From the NCBI GenBank assembly GCA_002245135.1, contig NGBS01000020.1:1-64000 (forward strand): 64,000 nt of DNA, in the 5' to 3' direction. This stretch comes from Proteromonas lacertae. Its lineage: Eukaryota. Shown one piece after another: positions 12,841-28,000 of this stretch. The notes under the pieces are model-generated. The model had not been told where the DNA came from. It saw only the letters and a program-made list of their open reading frames with translations, and ran no database searches. Every line of letters starts with the position of its first letter. Positions within the stretch are counted from its first letter, which is position 1. A program made the position numbers and the translations under genes.

Positions 12841-14992
12841 ATGGATGAAGAGGCAAAAAAAAGGTGAAAATGTATTATTAGATATATTTAGGGTATAGAT
12901 ATCTTATGACGTTAGAAATAATCATACACTAGTTTTTCATTTGAATTATCAGCTAGTTACTCATTTATTTACAGCAGATGAGTTGTTACAATATAAAATA
13001 GCAGAATTTTCACCTAAATTATATATAGAATATATGAAGCTTGATGATTTATTAATCATTACAGAAGATAACTCATCGATAATAATAGCCATGATTAGGG
13101 AGATACTTGCTTATGAAAGAATTAATTATGAATATGGGAATAGAGTTATGTTACAAAACAAATTGAATTGTTTTGTGAAATACTTGAAGGATTTATATAA
13201 TTATGTACCTAAAATTAATGATTTATTCAAATTAGATGATTATTTAGCTAAAATGGATAATAGTTCAAAGGAATCTCTATATGACAAATACAAAACTGTT
13301 TTAAAAATAATGAATGACATTATTGTATTATTCTTCTTATATATTGCATAGTGTAAAGATATTGATAGTTTAATAAGCAAATCAGATGATGAAAATGTAA
13401 AAAATGATGAATTGATAAATTTAATACAATTGAATCAGTATATACTTGTTATTATATTGATAGGGATTTTATAAAAGACATTCTTTATATAGATAATCCA
13501 TTAAAAGATAGATTACTATTGTTATTTTCACCATCTGTATTTGAAGATCTAAAAGATCCTAAAATAATATCATTATTAGAAAAAGATAATAATGAAGAAA
13601 AAAACAAATTATTGATTAGGACAATATGGTTGATTTGGGAAATTATTGTATATTAATATAATGTGTCTATTCAATTAGAAAAATGAGATTATCTATTGTA
13701 GAGAAAAACTGCCTATTTATGAAAATACAATTGATGTAACTGTATATGCTATTGAATTTTTACATTTACATAGAATAAGAATATAGTTGTATATAAATTA
13801 TCATTGACTATGAATTATATGAAATCATTAACTCACAATAATCTAAATACATATAAGAATATTCCAATTTCGCCATTAATCGATAGTAAAAACTTTAAAT
13901 TGATAGATTTTAAAGATTTAAGAATATCATTAAAAGAAACAACAGTGATTAAATTATATATAAAGAGTTTAGTATTAATGAACATCATTTTAGTATTTTA
14001 CATTATTATTATATGTGAATATAATAGACACAGTTCTACAACAGTCACAGACTATATAACGAATATTTAGACAATAATTTTGTATAATAGTATTTATTAT
14101 TGTTGTAGGATATAATCGAGAATTATTCAAATGAAATTATGGAAATAACAGAAAGTAATAATAACTGCAATTCTGTAAAACATTATAGAGTTAATGTTGT
14201 AAGACACTTCAAAGATAATGCAGAAGCTCAAATATTTAGAAACAAAATAATTAAAACGATTAAAGAACTACAGTATAACCTAGTCTTCATATATATTCTT
14301 AGAAAAAGAATAAAGAATATGAAAAGAATCAATCCATTCATATTCTCAAAATTAGGGAAAGATGATTCAGTTGATAATTCGGTTATAAACTTAAATAGTT
14401 TCAATAATCAACCAACAGAAATACTCGAAAATATATCGAATAAATTGAAATATATTATTCAAGAAATTAATGTATTAATAAAGTTGATAATTTCATTATA
14501 TAGAAAAACATACAAATAAAACCTAATTCAAAACCTGTAGTATTTATTCCTTCATATCAAAAACCAGTATAATGAAATTATATTATACTGATATAGAGAG
14601 TAAATGCTTTTCCTCTTCAACAACAGAAATCAATTCCTAAAATTGTTTATATTCCCAAAGTTGTGAATAAGTATTTAAATATTAGAAGAGAAAAAGAATC
14701 ATCATCAGAGAATGAATATGTTTCAGAAACAAAGAAAGAATTGTATAACTGTGATATGTATTATATTTAGGGAGAAACTAATAAATATCTCATTATTCAA
14801 TACTACTCTTTACAAACAGTTAAAAATACCACAATATTTATATAACAAAACAACACATAAACTAATTTCAATACAATCAGTAGATAATAGAAATTGTTAT
14901 AAAATAATGGATTGTTTAAAGATTGTAATAAATCAAATGAATGTATGTATTGTTGATTATATAAATTTTAGTTGATTGGATTTAAAATGTGA
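12841..14992 (+). CDS. Multi-exon hypothetical helical protein, probably a divergent member of the same family (gene B); 3' end uncertain
   Basis: ATG at 12841 followed by intron-linked ORFs 12941-14975; C-terminal SLFNTTLYKQLKIP resembles genes A and C. Confidence 0.45.
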
Positions 14993-15172
14993 AGAAAGAG
15001 AATAAATATGAAAAGAAGAAAATGAAAATTGATATTATAAAAATTGTTGAAGATAATAAAAAAAAGACATAAAACTATATCATTTATAACATTATATAAA
15101 AATTAGATTAATAATATATGCTGTTAATTATTTGTGAGTTAATTTCTATCAATAAATAAAAATAAAGATAAA

Positions 15173-18100
15173 TTATACATATAATTCATCAGATAAACTT
15201 AACAATTCGTTATAGATTCTTTGAAGAATTTCTTCCTTGTTTTCATCTAAATAACTAATTGTTATGCTTGTTTTACTAATTTCTAAATATGAAGGTAATT
15301 TAGGTTTCATCCAATAACATTTGAAGTATAAAGGTTGTATATCTTTTTCTCTATTTTATTATATTAATGAACTATACAATATTCTTTTTATTTTTGTTAT
15401 TAATCCATTCTTGCATTCCATTTTGTATTTCTTTGAAATTGATTTTACTAAAGATCCTTCTTCTGTATTTTTGTTATCATCTAATTTAATAATATCTTTT
15501 CTTGATTTATTTCTTTTTGATTGATATAAATCTACATCTGATAATAATTTGTCTATTGCTTCACATACATTCTTCAATGTTTCATCACTTTGATATTCTA
15601 AATTCTCACCTTTAATTAACAAATGATTCTCTGGGTTTATCAATATTCTAGGAATAGTAATTACTTCATATAATTCCATTTTATTTTCAAACATTTGATG
15701 TAAAGAGTGTCTATAGAATAAATACATGAAAATGAATAATATACAATTTAGATCTTATTTCTTTTATCATTTTCTTTGAATGGAAAACATCAATTGCTAT
15801 TTCCTATTCAATAAATAAACAATTATCACAATATACTACATCAGCAGATAAATGTCTTGTTTGTTTTACATTTTCTTCTTTTACACTTTTGTTAAACTTA
15901 TACATTTCTTTTACTTCTTTCATTTCTTGTTTTGGTAAAAATGAATGATTATGTTTCATTTTGTGGCACAATTCTTGGAATTTTCTAAAATCTAATTTTT
16001 TATTAGGTAATGAAAAATGTCTCTTTTCAAGAACATTCATAGATTTACTTTTGTTAGTAACTCTACTTTTTTCTTCTTCGTTACTATCACTTTCATCAGT
16101 GGAATAATGAAAATGTTGTTTGGATAAATGTATTGGACTTTCAGTTGAATATTCAGAAGATGCAGTTGAAGAAATTGATGATTTACGGTTGGAATAATTG
16201 AAACTAGAGCCATTATAAGAATCAAATTGTGGTACAGATGATGTTTTATTAGGCTTATGAGGACTATACAATGAATGATAAAAATAAGAGAATGTGTCTT
16301 CCTTATACATAAGAGAATCAGTTGAAAATGAACTACTTCCATATGATTGTCTAGAATATGATGATGATGATGAAGTAGAATTATAACTATGACTTCTTTT
16401 TCCTTTTCTAAAACTAGGAGATGATAAAGAATATGGTGGAGGTTGTTGTTGAGGAGTGATTTGTTTTGAATTAACAATCAATTTCTTTTCTGATTTATCA
16501 CTTGATTTTTCTTCTTTTTTATATCCATCATCTCCATCTCTTTCAGATGTTTTAGGATCTTTACTACGATGATGTCTATGGTGATGTCTATGGTGATGAT
16601 GCTTAATGCCATTATCAGATTCTGATGGATTATCTTCTGTAGTGATTGTTGATTTACTATTTCCATTTGATATATTATCACAGTCATGATGATGATGATG
16701 ATAATGTCTTTTGTGATATCTATGTCTTTTTGTCTTATTAATTTCAGATTGAGAAGTTGATTGACTATCTTGATCTTTCAAACCATTCTCATTCTCTAAA
16801 CTATCATTAACATAAATAGAATTATCAATTTTGTTATTATCTAATGATTCAACTGAAATATGAAGATTACTTGACATTACTTCCATTCTAACTGGTGATG
16901 TTTGAGTTGAAATTGTATTATTATTTGGTTTTTCATTCAAATCATTTTGTATATTTACATCATCTTTCCTTTCTTCTTCTAATTTATTATCCTCATTTTC
17001 TGATGGTATAAATTCTTCATTTTCACTTTCATCCATATCTTCATTCTCATTTTCTATTTCATTTTGATTAGAATTTGGACTGATTATTTCTTTACTTATT
17101 TCATTTGCATCTTCTAATGCATTTTCTTTTTCTTCTTCCTCTTCATTGTCTTCAAATGCCATTTCATTTTCATTCACTATCAACTCTTCTTCTTCTTCTT
17201 CTTCTTCTTCTTCCTTTTCTTTTTCTACATCTTCCATACTATTTCTATCATTACTATTGTTTAAAATATCAGGAGGTATTGTACTATATGAAGTACATAA
17301 TTCTTCATAAACTATTTCTTCTTTCATATTATTCTGTTTCAATTCATCTTCATTTCCATCATTATCTCCTATTATTTCTTCATCTTCAATCTTATCAAAA
17401 TCTGATTTACTATCATTACTCTCATTTTCATTTTCAGAAGGAATAAACTCTTCATTTTCACTGTCACTATTATTCTCACGTTCATTTTCATTTTCAGTTG
17501 AGTTAGGGCTTATTACATCTCGACTAATTTCTTTATTAATTTCATATATTTCATCTAATACATCTTGTTTTTCATCATCATTTTCATCTTCAAATACCAT
17601 CTCATTCTCATTAACTGATGTTTCCTCATCCTCTTCTTCCTCTTCTTCTTTTTCAAAACCATTTTCTATCTTTCTTTCTACATTTATTTCATTTCTATCT
17701 CCAGTTATTTCTTTATCTTTAGAAATTATTTCCTTTTCATTTTCATTATTAATTTCATTTTGATTTGTGTTTTCTTCATTGTCACTATTATAAACAACAT
17801 TATCTATATCATCTTCAGATTTATTTCTATCACTCTCATTTTCTGATGGAATAAACTCTTCTTCTTCACTTTCTCCTTCATTATCATTTTCCATCTTATT
17901 CTCTTTTTGATCATTAACATCACTCGATTCTGGACTGATTATTTCTTTACGTATTTCATCTGCATCTTCTAATATACTCTCTTTTTCTTCTTCCTCTTCA
18001 TTATCTTCATATACCATCTCATTTTCATTTATTATCAAATCTTCTTCCTCTTCTTCCTCTTCTTTTTCTCCTTCTTGTTTTTCCTCCTCCTTTTCTTCAC

Positions 18101-21100
18101 TTTCAACTATATCATTTTCATTTTTCATATTATTTTTCATTTCATACTCTTTACCTATATTTTCTTTATTCTTCTCATCATCATCATCTTCTTCTTCTTT
18201 ACCATTCTCATTATCATCATTAAGTTGATTAAATTCAATATTGTTATTATTATCACAATTATACACAATTTCATTATCAATAAAATCATCATCATTATCA
18301 TTATTGTCATTTTCTTTATCAAATATATCATTAATCTCATTTTTAGCTCTTCTAGATATAGCTATCTGTTTTCTTAAATCATTAGTATCAAAATCATTCA
18401 AATCACTTGGAGTAGATTCTGATCTTTGTGAAAACTTGTCAATTGAACCTCTTCTACTGCTTCTAATACTATTGTAACTTCTATGTCCAGTATTAGATTC
18501 AGGACTATCTAAAATATCATCAATTCCTCCACCACTTATAGTTATATTTCTTTTGACTGATGATGTAATATCTAATGAATTGTTTGATTCATTCGAATCT
18601 GATGAATCATCATCGTCATCATCAAACTCATCTTCTGCTGTTAATTTTCTTGAATATTTCATATTCTTCTTTTTCCCATTGTCATTGTGATTAGGTTTAT
18701 AATGTGGTTTGTATGATTGTGTGAATGAACTATCAACAGATGATGATATTTGTGGTTCACCTGGTGGTAATATCCCACTAACATCTAAATCTGTTTCTTT
18801 TTCTCTTTCTGTTTCATCTGTATTAAAAATCTCATTATCATTCGATAAGATAGTAACATTAGGCTGATATAGATTCATTTCATTTGTACTATTATTATTA
18901 CTATTATCACTTTTAAATAAACTGTTTTGTTGATTTTCATTCGTTTCTTCTTCTTCTTCCTCTTCTTCTTCATCATTTTCATCATCTTCATCTTCATTGT
19001 TAAATAAATTATCATATCTCTCTTCATTATTATCAATGATGTCATTAATACTATCAAAACTCATTCTATCTTCACTTTCTGAATATGAATTACTATTATC
19101 TTCTTCATCACTCTGTTTTTCTTCATTTTCACTTTCTTGGATTTCTATGTTATTCTCTTCCATCATTTCTTGTTTCTTTTCTTCTTCTTCTTCTTCTTTT
19201 TCTTCTTCCTCCTCATCTTCTTCTTCTGATGAATATATCATATCATCTAAAACATGATTTTCAACATATTCACTACCTTCATGTAGATTCTCTATTGTTG
19301 ATGATAATATGTTATAAATTGTTCTATAATCGGTTATTGTCCTATTAGTATTATTACATGAAATTATATCATTGATTTGTTTTTGAGTTTTCTGATATTG
19401 ACATAATTGTAGAGTTTCATCTTTTATCTTATTTTCTAACTTATCTTTCAACGATTTTATCTGATCAATAATCTCATTTCTATCATTATTGTAACAATCA
19501 ATATAAGTTTGAAACTCATTTAAATTATCCATTATTTCTTTATAAATAGACATATACTTTTCTGGTTTTAGTTGGCTATTTAAACCTTGTAAGAAATTTT
19601 GAACTAATGCAATATGTGGATAATGATAATATGACAATGCATAACTGTATAACAGTTGACTTTTCATATCAATTATTTTTAATAAATATTCCTGTTTAGC
19701 TTTTGTTAATTGAGAATATAAATCATCTATCCGATCCATAGATTTATGATCAATTAAGGGATTCTTCTCTATTTCTATTGTTAATTGTTTCGCTATTTCT
19801 ACAAAATTCAATTCATCACATTCTTGACAATAAGTTTTCTCAAGTAAAATACAACTATTCCTATTTACACAATATAAAAATATATAATCATACATATCCT
19901 CTAACATTGAGTTATATTTCTGTAACATTGATTCTAAACTTTCAATATAATCTCCAAATTCTATTAGTAATGATGTATATTCATCAAGAGAATATGCATT
20001 TGATTTACTTATCTTCAATTCATTAATGTGAGAAGATAATGAAGAATTTTCATCTCTGACATGATTCTTTGTTAACTGACGATATTTATCACTAAGTAAG
20101 TATAAATGAAATAGATATATACTAATAATAAACATAATCATTAAGTATTTTTTCTTTTTCACTCACATAATTTTCTATATAATCAACAAAAGATTTTGAT
20201 ATTTCTTTCAAATGCTTATGATGTTTTCTATATTGATTTTCATCTAATGCTTGAGGAATATTCTTAATATAATCCTTTATAGTATTTATGTTGGAATAGT
20301 GAGGATATTCACTACAATAAAAATTTAGTCTCACTTCAATTTGAGATATTCCATCAGTTTGACTTTGTATATACTTCTCTCTTTTTGATTTTAATTTTTG
20401 TTTATAATTGTCAAGTAGAGTTAGTATTTCATTACTGAAACTTTTCTCATTTGAAACATCTGAAATTGATTCAGCCAATGATGTTAAATGCTTTTCAAAT
20501 TTGGCTTTTTCTGGTGTTGGATTATCCGATTGGATTGTCTCTTTATATCTTGATCTATTTACATATAAATATTAAAAACAAATACATATCACATTGTATT
20601 GAAGTTACTTTTGTTTTATAAACCATATACATGTCATTCATATCATTTAATATATCTCTTATTCTATAATAATTTTCTTTATATTTTTTAATTGAATATT
20701 TATTTGACTTTTCTTTCACAAATTCTTTAATATTCTTTACATCATACACATATTTTTGATAATTCTTATATTTTGATTCATACGATTCTCTATTTAAATG
20801 ATTCGAATAAAAGATATATATATATATATACAAAATATACTCAATACTGGTAAGTAATTCATCTTTTGATTTACTATAAGGAATCGATATAATTATCAAT
20901 TCTCTCATTTATATAATTCAGTTTTTCATATATTGCATTGTATTCTTGCCAGTTTATATTCTTATTTAATTCATTTATATATCTCAGAATGTCTTCTTCA
21001 TGAGAATTGTGTGGATATTCTTTTAATTTATTCTCAATTACACCACTTAATGAATTTATTTGTAGTTTCATATGTCTATATAGAAAATAATATACTGTAA

Positions 21101-24100
21101 ATACTGTTCTTTATTCTGCTTCACTTCTTTATACAGTATATCTACTTGATCGATGATATTTTGATTAATTAATCTATTATCCAATGATGGAATAACAACT
21201 GAATCTAGATATGAAGTAAAAAATTCCACATCCTTATCATTATCATGTATAATAGAATGACAATACTCTCTACAATAATAAAAATTAAATAACAAAATAA
21301 TATATATACAATTCTTTATCAATTTGTTGAAATGATTCATTATAATTATTATCAAGAGAAATAAGCTTATTAGATACTCTTACACCATTATTTAATATAT
21401 TCATTAAATCTTCGTTTGAATACTCTTCAATAGTTTCTAATGATTCTATTAAGTCTTTACATATAAAAGTGTCACTTTCATCTATCTCAACTCTTTCTTT
21501 ATTATTATTTATTACTTCACTATTGAATATACAATAGAAAGAAATACATTGTGTTTATTATATTATCAATAGTTTCACATCTTTTGTCATTATATTCGTT
21601 TATAAAACATTCAGTCTTTTTGATATACCTTATAAACTCTTCAGTTATTCCAACATATTCATTCATCTCAATATTCTCTAATTTATCTTTAATAAAACTC
21701 TGAATATCACCTTTGAAAGGAATAAATGAAAAACATTCATAATATCTTATAAAATCATCTTTTAACAAATCAATTTCATTTGGAATAATAATATCTCTAT
21801 TCTTAATGAAATTCTTGTATAAATAATTCACATTTAAAATATCACTGTCTTTAATAATCTCATTCTTTGGAATACTTAACACAAACTCACTTATATACAT
21901 ACTAAAAGCATTTTGATTCGATAATTCACATATTTGTATGAACTTATAACCATCATCACTGTATATAATAGAAATATATTAAATATACACTTCTGTTTGA
22001 ATATTTTCTATTACCGAGTTGTATTTAGATAAAGTATTCTTCATCTGTGATATAATATTTGGTAATTTCTTTTTCTGAATAGATTTATATTGCTTTATTG
22101 AGTAAATTGTTGGTTTATTATCTAATATATCTTTTACTTGTTGAATTGCTTGAGGAGAATGACATATTACTCTTTCACTTAGTTTTTTACATTTATTACT
22201 AATAAATAGACAAATATTATAATAATACTATAACTTTTTGATTTTCTTTAAAACAATTTCTTGTTTTTTCATGTATTTTGAAATGTATTTCTATATTTGA
22301 TATATAATAAAGAAATTAAATACTTCAAAACTATTAATATAATCTGTAAGCCTTTCTACAATTTCCCTATCTTCTTCACTGATCTCAATTCTCTCTCTTT
22401 CCATACCATCATCTCCTTCACACTTTTTTCCATTCATTTTTACATCTTCATCATCTACTTTATATTCTTCTTTCACATTCTCAATCTTATTTTTTTCAAT
22501 TACATCTTCTTCATTACCTCCATTCCGTACTTTATCTTCTTGACTCATTTCAATTCTTTCTTTGTCCTGATTATTCTTCTCTTCAGATTCTTTTTCATTT
22601 ATTATCTCTTTTTCATCATCTTCCTTCACATCTTTTTCTATCTCTATTTCTTTATTTTCTAATGGTTCTGTTTGTTTTTCTTGTGTAATTTTTATCATAA
22701 TACTATTTACATGTTCATCAACATCTGGAATCTTTGGATAATGAGGATATTCTTCACTCAATATATTATACAAGGAAACTAATAGATTCTTATCATCACT
22801 GTAATACTTTCTCTTATATCTCAGAATATCAGCAAGTTTATGGTTCAATAAATGAACTGAATGTTCAGTTATTATTCTTATATTGTTTATTTCTTCATTT
22901 ATAGTATTTAAATAATCACTAAAATCGTCTGAATCAGAAATATCTTTACAAACACTTATTTCATTTAATACATCTTTCTTTCTGTTATTGAATATATCTT
23001 TCACCTCTTTCATGTTATGAACAACATCATCCAATTTCATACTATTTTCTTCATATTCTTCTATTGATATATTTGTTGGTTTATTGTTTATATAATCACT
23101 TATTATCTCTATTAAACTTGGATTTTCACATTCTACATAATCTTTTAATTCTTTATATTTCTCACTATTTCAAAAATATATATAATAGTATGATAATATA
23201 TTTATACAAATTAGAGTTTATTTCCTCCAGAATGTTCTTCTGTTTTTCATTGTAATTAAAAATGTAATTATTAACTTCATTAATATAACTGATCACTGAT
23301 AATAATTGAATATCACTTTCTTCTGTTGTATCTAAAAACTGAAGTATTGATGAAGCATAATTATAACATGGATATTTCATTATTTTTTCTCTCAATTCAT
23401 TGATTATTTCATTCTTTTTTTCTTCTTTATTATTTAAATATTCATTTTGCTTTATTGTTATTTCTTCTATCCATTTTTCTATATTCTTTGATATTTGTTC
23501 ATTTATTGGTTCATGAATATTGTATATAATATTTGACAAATTGGATAAATATTCTGTAAAATCATCACTACTTGAAGCATCATAAAATGTTTTGGATTTG
23601 TTTCTAATAAACAACAATTATTATTGATTATAAATTAATTATACATTTTTTCCTTTAATATTTCTATGTTTGACTTATAATTAATATAAATATTATCCAA
23701 CTCATCAATACGTTTCATTAAGTCATTATAATGATTAATATATTCCTCTATTGTATATTTTGTTAATTTCTTATTGATCATTTCTTGAGATTGAAGTATT
23801 ATATTTAAATCTGTAGGGATAATATGATGAGATATTTCTTCATCATATTTCTTCATTATTTCATCTATTTGTTCAACTATTTTGTCTCTTTCAATTGTAT
23901 AACTCCATATATATTCATTATACTTTGATATGTAATTACTAAGCATGTTGTAATATTCTTCATATTCATTTTCTTTAATATCATTCACATTTATTGAAGA
24001 CATATAAGTGTTTATTTCATCACATACATCATAATGAGGATATAAACTAACACACATTGAAATATTGGTCATTAGAGTGGTTATTAATTCACTATGTTCT

Positions 24101-24867
24101 TTAGTAATATATTCACTAAAATATTAAAATAATATTATTATTATCTATATACTCTATTGAATCATATATTGACTGTATATTGTTTATATAATTATCATAT
24201 TCTTCTATTGTATGTAATTCTATTCTATCGTTTATTAGTATATCAATTTCATTAATTATCTGTATTGCTATTGGATTATCTTCTAATAGTAATGATTTAT
24301 CTTTGAGAGTATTACTAAAGTATATTATATAATAAGCAATACTATAAATAACTCAGTTTATCTCTCTTTGATTCAAGTATAGAAATATATTCTTCAAATT
24401 CTTGAATGTACAGTTGCAACTTTCTATTTACTTCATTCTGATTACTATCTTCGGATATTTGGTTTATATAAGATTTAATATCCTCATTTTTGCTGTAATT
24501 AGTGTAGATACCAGTTAAATCTACTAATTTCTTTATATACCGAAATATATCATTTTCAACATCTTTTAATCTGCAACATAAATAGTAGAAAACAATATAA
24601 TATACTCACTATTTTCATTTGAGCTTTCATTTAGAACTAAATCATTTTGCATCTCTATTTTATTAATATCTATTAGCCTAAATAATATATATAAAATGAA
24701 TTAACAAGATTGATAATTATACAATGGCTCTGATGGCTCAAACTCATTTTCATGAATTACTTCAGTTTCATTTATGTCCTCTTCATAATCGCCATTATTT
24801 TTATTTTTATCATCATTAAGTATATCTAATGCATCTACGATAATATATATGACAAAATCTTACTCAT
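15173..24867 (-). CDS. Very large multi-exon protein: many YPHY-type helical repeats, acidic repeat region, His- and Ser-rich tracts (gene C)
   Basis: Intron-linked ORFs 23635-24072, 23165-23617, 22291-23040, 21520-21900, 20122-21355, 15804-20162 and 15359-15727; YPHY/YPCY/YPHN/YPHI motifs. Confidence 0.6.
16990..18066 (-). repeat. Three ~75-80 aa acidic repeats in gene C
   Basis: Unit E(n)-LIxNENEMxxED...LEDAxEIxKEIISP...SExEEFIPSENE at about 17830-18066, 17418-17652 and 16990-17222. Confidence 0.85.
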
Positions 24868-25057
24868 TCTTTCTATTGTCTATTGTTAGTATATTATTAA
24901 ATATAAGCAAACACTATAACACAGTTTTAATAAATCTAAATAAAAGATACTTCACATGATAAAAATACAGGTATGAAATGTATTTTTGTGTATTTTTGTG
25001 TATTTGATACAAATAGTAAAATAAATACAAAAATAATATAAAATATGTTAAATATAT

Positions 25058-28000
25058 CTATTTCTTTGATAATTGTTGTTGTAGATGACTCTATTCATTA
25101 TAAAAACATGAAACTTATACAATCAATTTTATAACTGCATCAAATGCACATAAACATATTCTGTTTATCTGTTCTTTCTTCAGAGAATCAAAGTCAATAT
25201 CAGATGATATTAAATTTCCACTCTTTTTAAACAATATTTCATTTGATCCAATTTCTTTCATTCTATTTGGTGTATTATCTGTAACTAAATGAAGATATTC
25301 AAGAGTGTATTTAATATCATATTTTACATAAAATCCACTACCATATGATGTAGAAGATCTTTCAGCATTCTATATTTATAGAATAAAAACAATACTATTA
25401 TCTTCTTTATTATTGTAACTGATTGAATCCAAATGTTATTCAATCTTTCATATGTTTTATTATTGAGATTTGAAACTTTTGATGAAAACTCATAATAGTT
25501 TTGTGTTTTGTTTATTTCATAGTATAATCTTCTATTCTCTCCAAACATTTTCTCAATATAATGTCTAAACAGTAAATAATGTTAGAAATATACTTATTTA
25601 TTGGAATAATTGACTTAAGGAAATTTATCTTTCTATAATCTGACTATTTTGATTAATATATAATAAAGAATATACAATATTTCTTAACACTAAATTGTTA
25701 GATTGAGTTTCATTACTTCTTTTATCATCTTTTCTTGTATTGGTAAATTGAGGAGTTTTAGTTATTAGTTTTCTTTGATTTGCAGGTTCAGATTGTGGCA
25801 TTAATCTATTCAGTTGTTTAATACAATTTTCATATTCTTCTAATCGATGAAAATTCTTATCAAATGTTATTCTTTTTGCTTCAGCTATTATCATATTTCC
25901 TTCATCACCTAAAAATGACAAACCTCCAACTCTAAATAATTATTTAATAAATAAATATTATACTTATTTAACATATCCTTCAATACCTTTATTCTCTCTA
26001 ATACATACTTTCTATCATCAGTTTTTTCAGTAATTACATTTCTTTTATTATCTTTCTTTTCTTCTTTCACAAATACAGTATAATTTTGTTCTTTTGATTC
26101 TACAATTGGATGTGGTTTTTGTTTTAGTTTTGGAAGTGTTTTTGGCTTTTCTTGTGTTTCTATTATTCCTTTCAACCTTTTTATATTTCCTTCATAACAC
26201 CCAATAGAATGCTTTTTATTATCATTTACATATTCTTTTCCTGTTGTAATTATTCTCTTTTCTTCATCATTACATTCTTCTTCTTTTATCTTTACTATTA
26301 ATTCACTTATCTCATTTATTCTTTCTTTTCTTTCTATTTGATATTCTTTAATAAAACCATCAAATTTCTCTTTCTCTTTTTCTAATTCTTCTTTTCTCTC
26401 TTTCAAATCTTCTCTTTGTGATTTAGTTAATATATTATTCAATATAAAAATATCTGAATAAAAAGGAAATTGATCAATTAAAAATTTTAGTTTACTTACC
26501 AATGCTTCAATTTCTTTAATTAATTCACTATTATCATCTATGATTATTTCTGATTTTGGTGATATTGGTTTAACATTTGTTTCAATTTGTTGTTTTATTA
26601 GTTTTAAATCTCCAATTAATCTTTCATAACCTTCAAGAGAGAAATATTTATCTTTATCAATCATTTCTTTACTACTCTCTGATATTTTATCTTTACCAAT
26701 GCTATTATAATAAATATAAATATGTAAATATACTATTCTACTAACCCATTTATTACATTAATCTTTTCTTCCCTTGCTGGATTATAATTCTTCAAAAACC
26801 TCTCAAATTTCAATATTTCTTTACATATTTTTGACTTTCTTTCTTCTTGATCTTTTATATCTTTCAACATTATGTTTATTCTATCAACACCTTGGTAAAA
26901 TGGATATTTACTAACCAATTCTTGTAATCTCTTTTCATTTTCAATAGCTTCCTCTTCAACATCTTCATCTGGATAATTTTCATCTTCTTGTACCACTTTA
27001 TTATTCTTTTTCGAAACTACATTTGGCTATTTATCAATAAACATATTTATAATTATACATTATTATTTAGAAATACAATCAATTCACTTATGAAATTGTC
27101 ATATTCAATTAATTGTAATACTCTATCTGGATCTGTATATTTGTTGGATTTTGTCAATATTGGATCACAATCATCATCAAATTCATTACTTATTATTCTA
27201 TTAAATATAATTAATGATATATAATCATACAATTCAACCAACTCATTCACTTTACTCATCTTTTCTTTTTTTCTTTCTTCATAATCTTTTATGAATTTCT
27301 ATAACAAATATATAAACTGAATTTCTGTAATATACTTCCATTTTTTCTAATCTATCACTCAATTTCTTTTCTTGTTTTTCTTTTTCTATTTTATCTATTT
27401 CATTTAACAGAGTATTTGCTGTGTCAGTTCCTGGATAGACTGAATAGTATTGATTTAGATAACTATGTATTTTTTCTTTCATTTCTTCAATTTTATTATT
27501 ATTATTATATGTTTTATTTGATTTTGTTGTTTCTAAATACAACTTTTTGTGATTTTCCAATTCTTTTTCTTTTGATCTAATTTCTTCTAGATCATTCTTC
27601 AAAATGAAATCCTTACTTCTTATTTCATACATTAATTCTCCTAAATATTGAATAAACTGATCTTTTGACTTTGAATTGGGATATGATTCTATTTCTCTTT
27701 GAATATCATATCTATAAAAACATTAACTAATATAAAAAATACATATTTGATTCTATTTCATTTCTAAGTTTACTACAATTCAAAATCAGATTTGAATCTT
27801 TTACTATTCTAGTAAATATTGTCTTTATATTCTCTTTTTCTCTTATTAATCCACTTTGTACTTTTACTTCCTCAAAACATTTGAATTTAGTATTGTCAGT
27901 TATTTTGTATTTCCAATATCCTTTCTTCATTAAACCATTGTACAAATTACCATAACTTATACATTCATCCATGTTTATTGTCTTGTTTAATACCAAATAT

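Noticed and set aside
16037..22662. Alternative-frame and antisense ORFs rich in Met, Ile, Leu, Phe or His (e.g. 16037-16477, 17105-17446, 18075-18377, 22297-22662)
   Set aside because: They are shadows of GAA/GAT/TCA-rich low-complexity coding in the real frame
24980..25006. Short tandem TGTATTTTTG repeat
   Set aside because: About 2.5 units in AT-rich intergenic DNA; unremarkable
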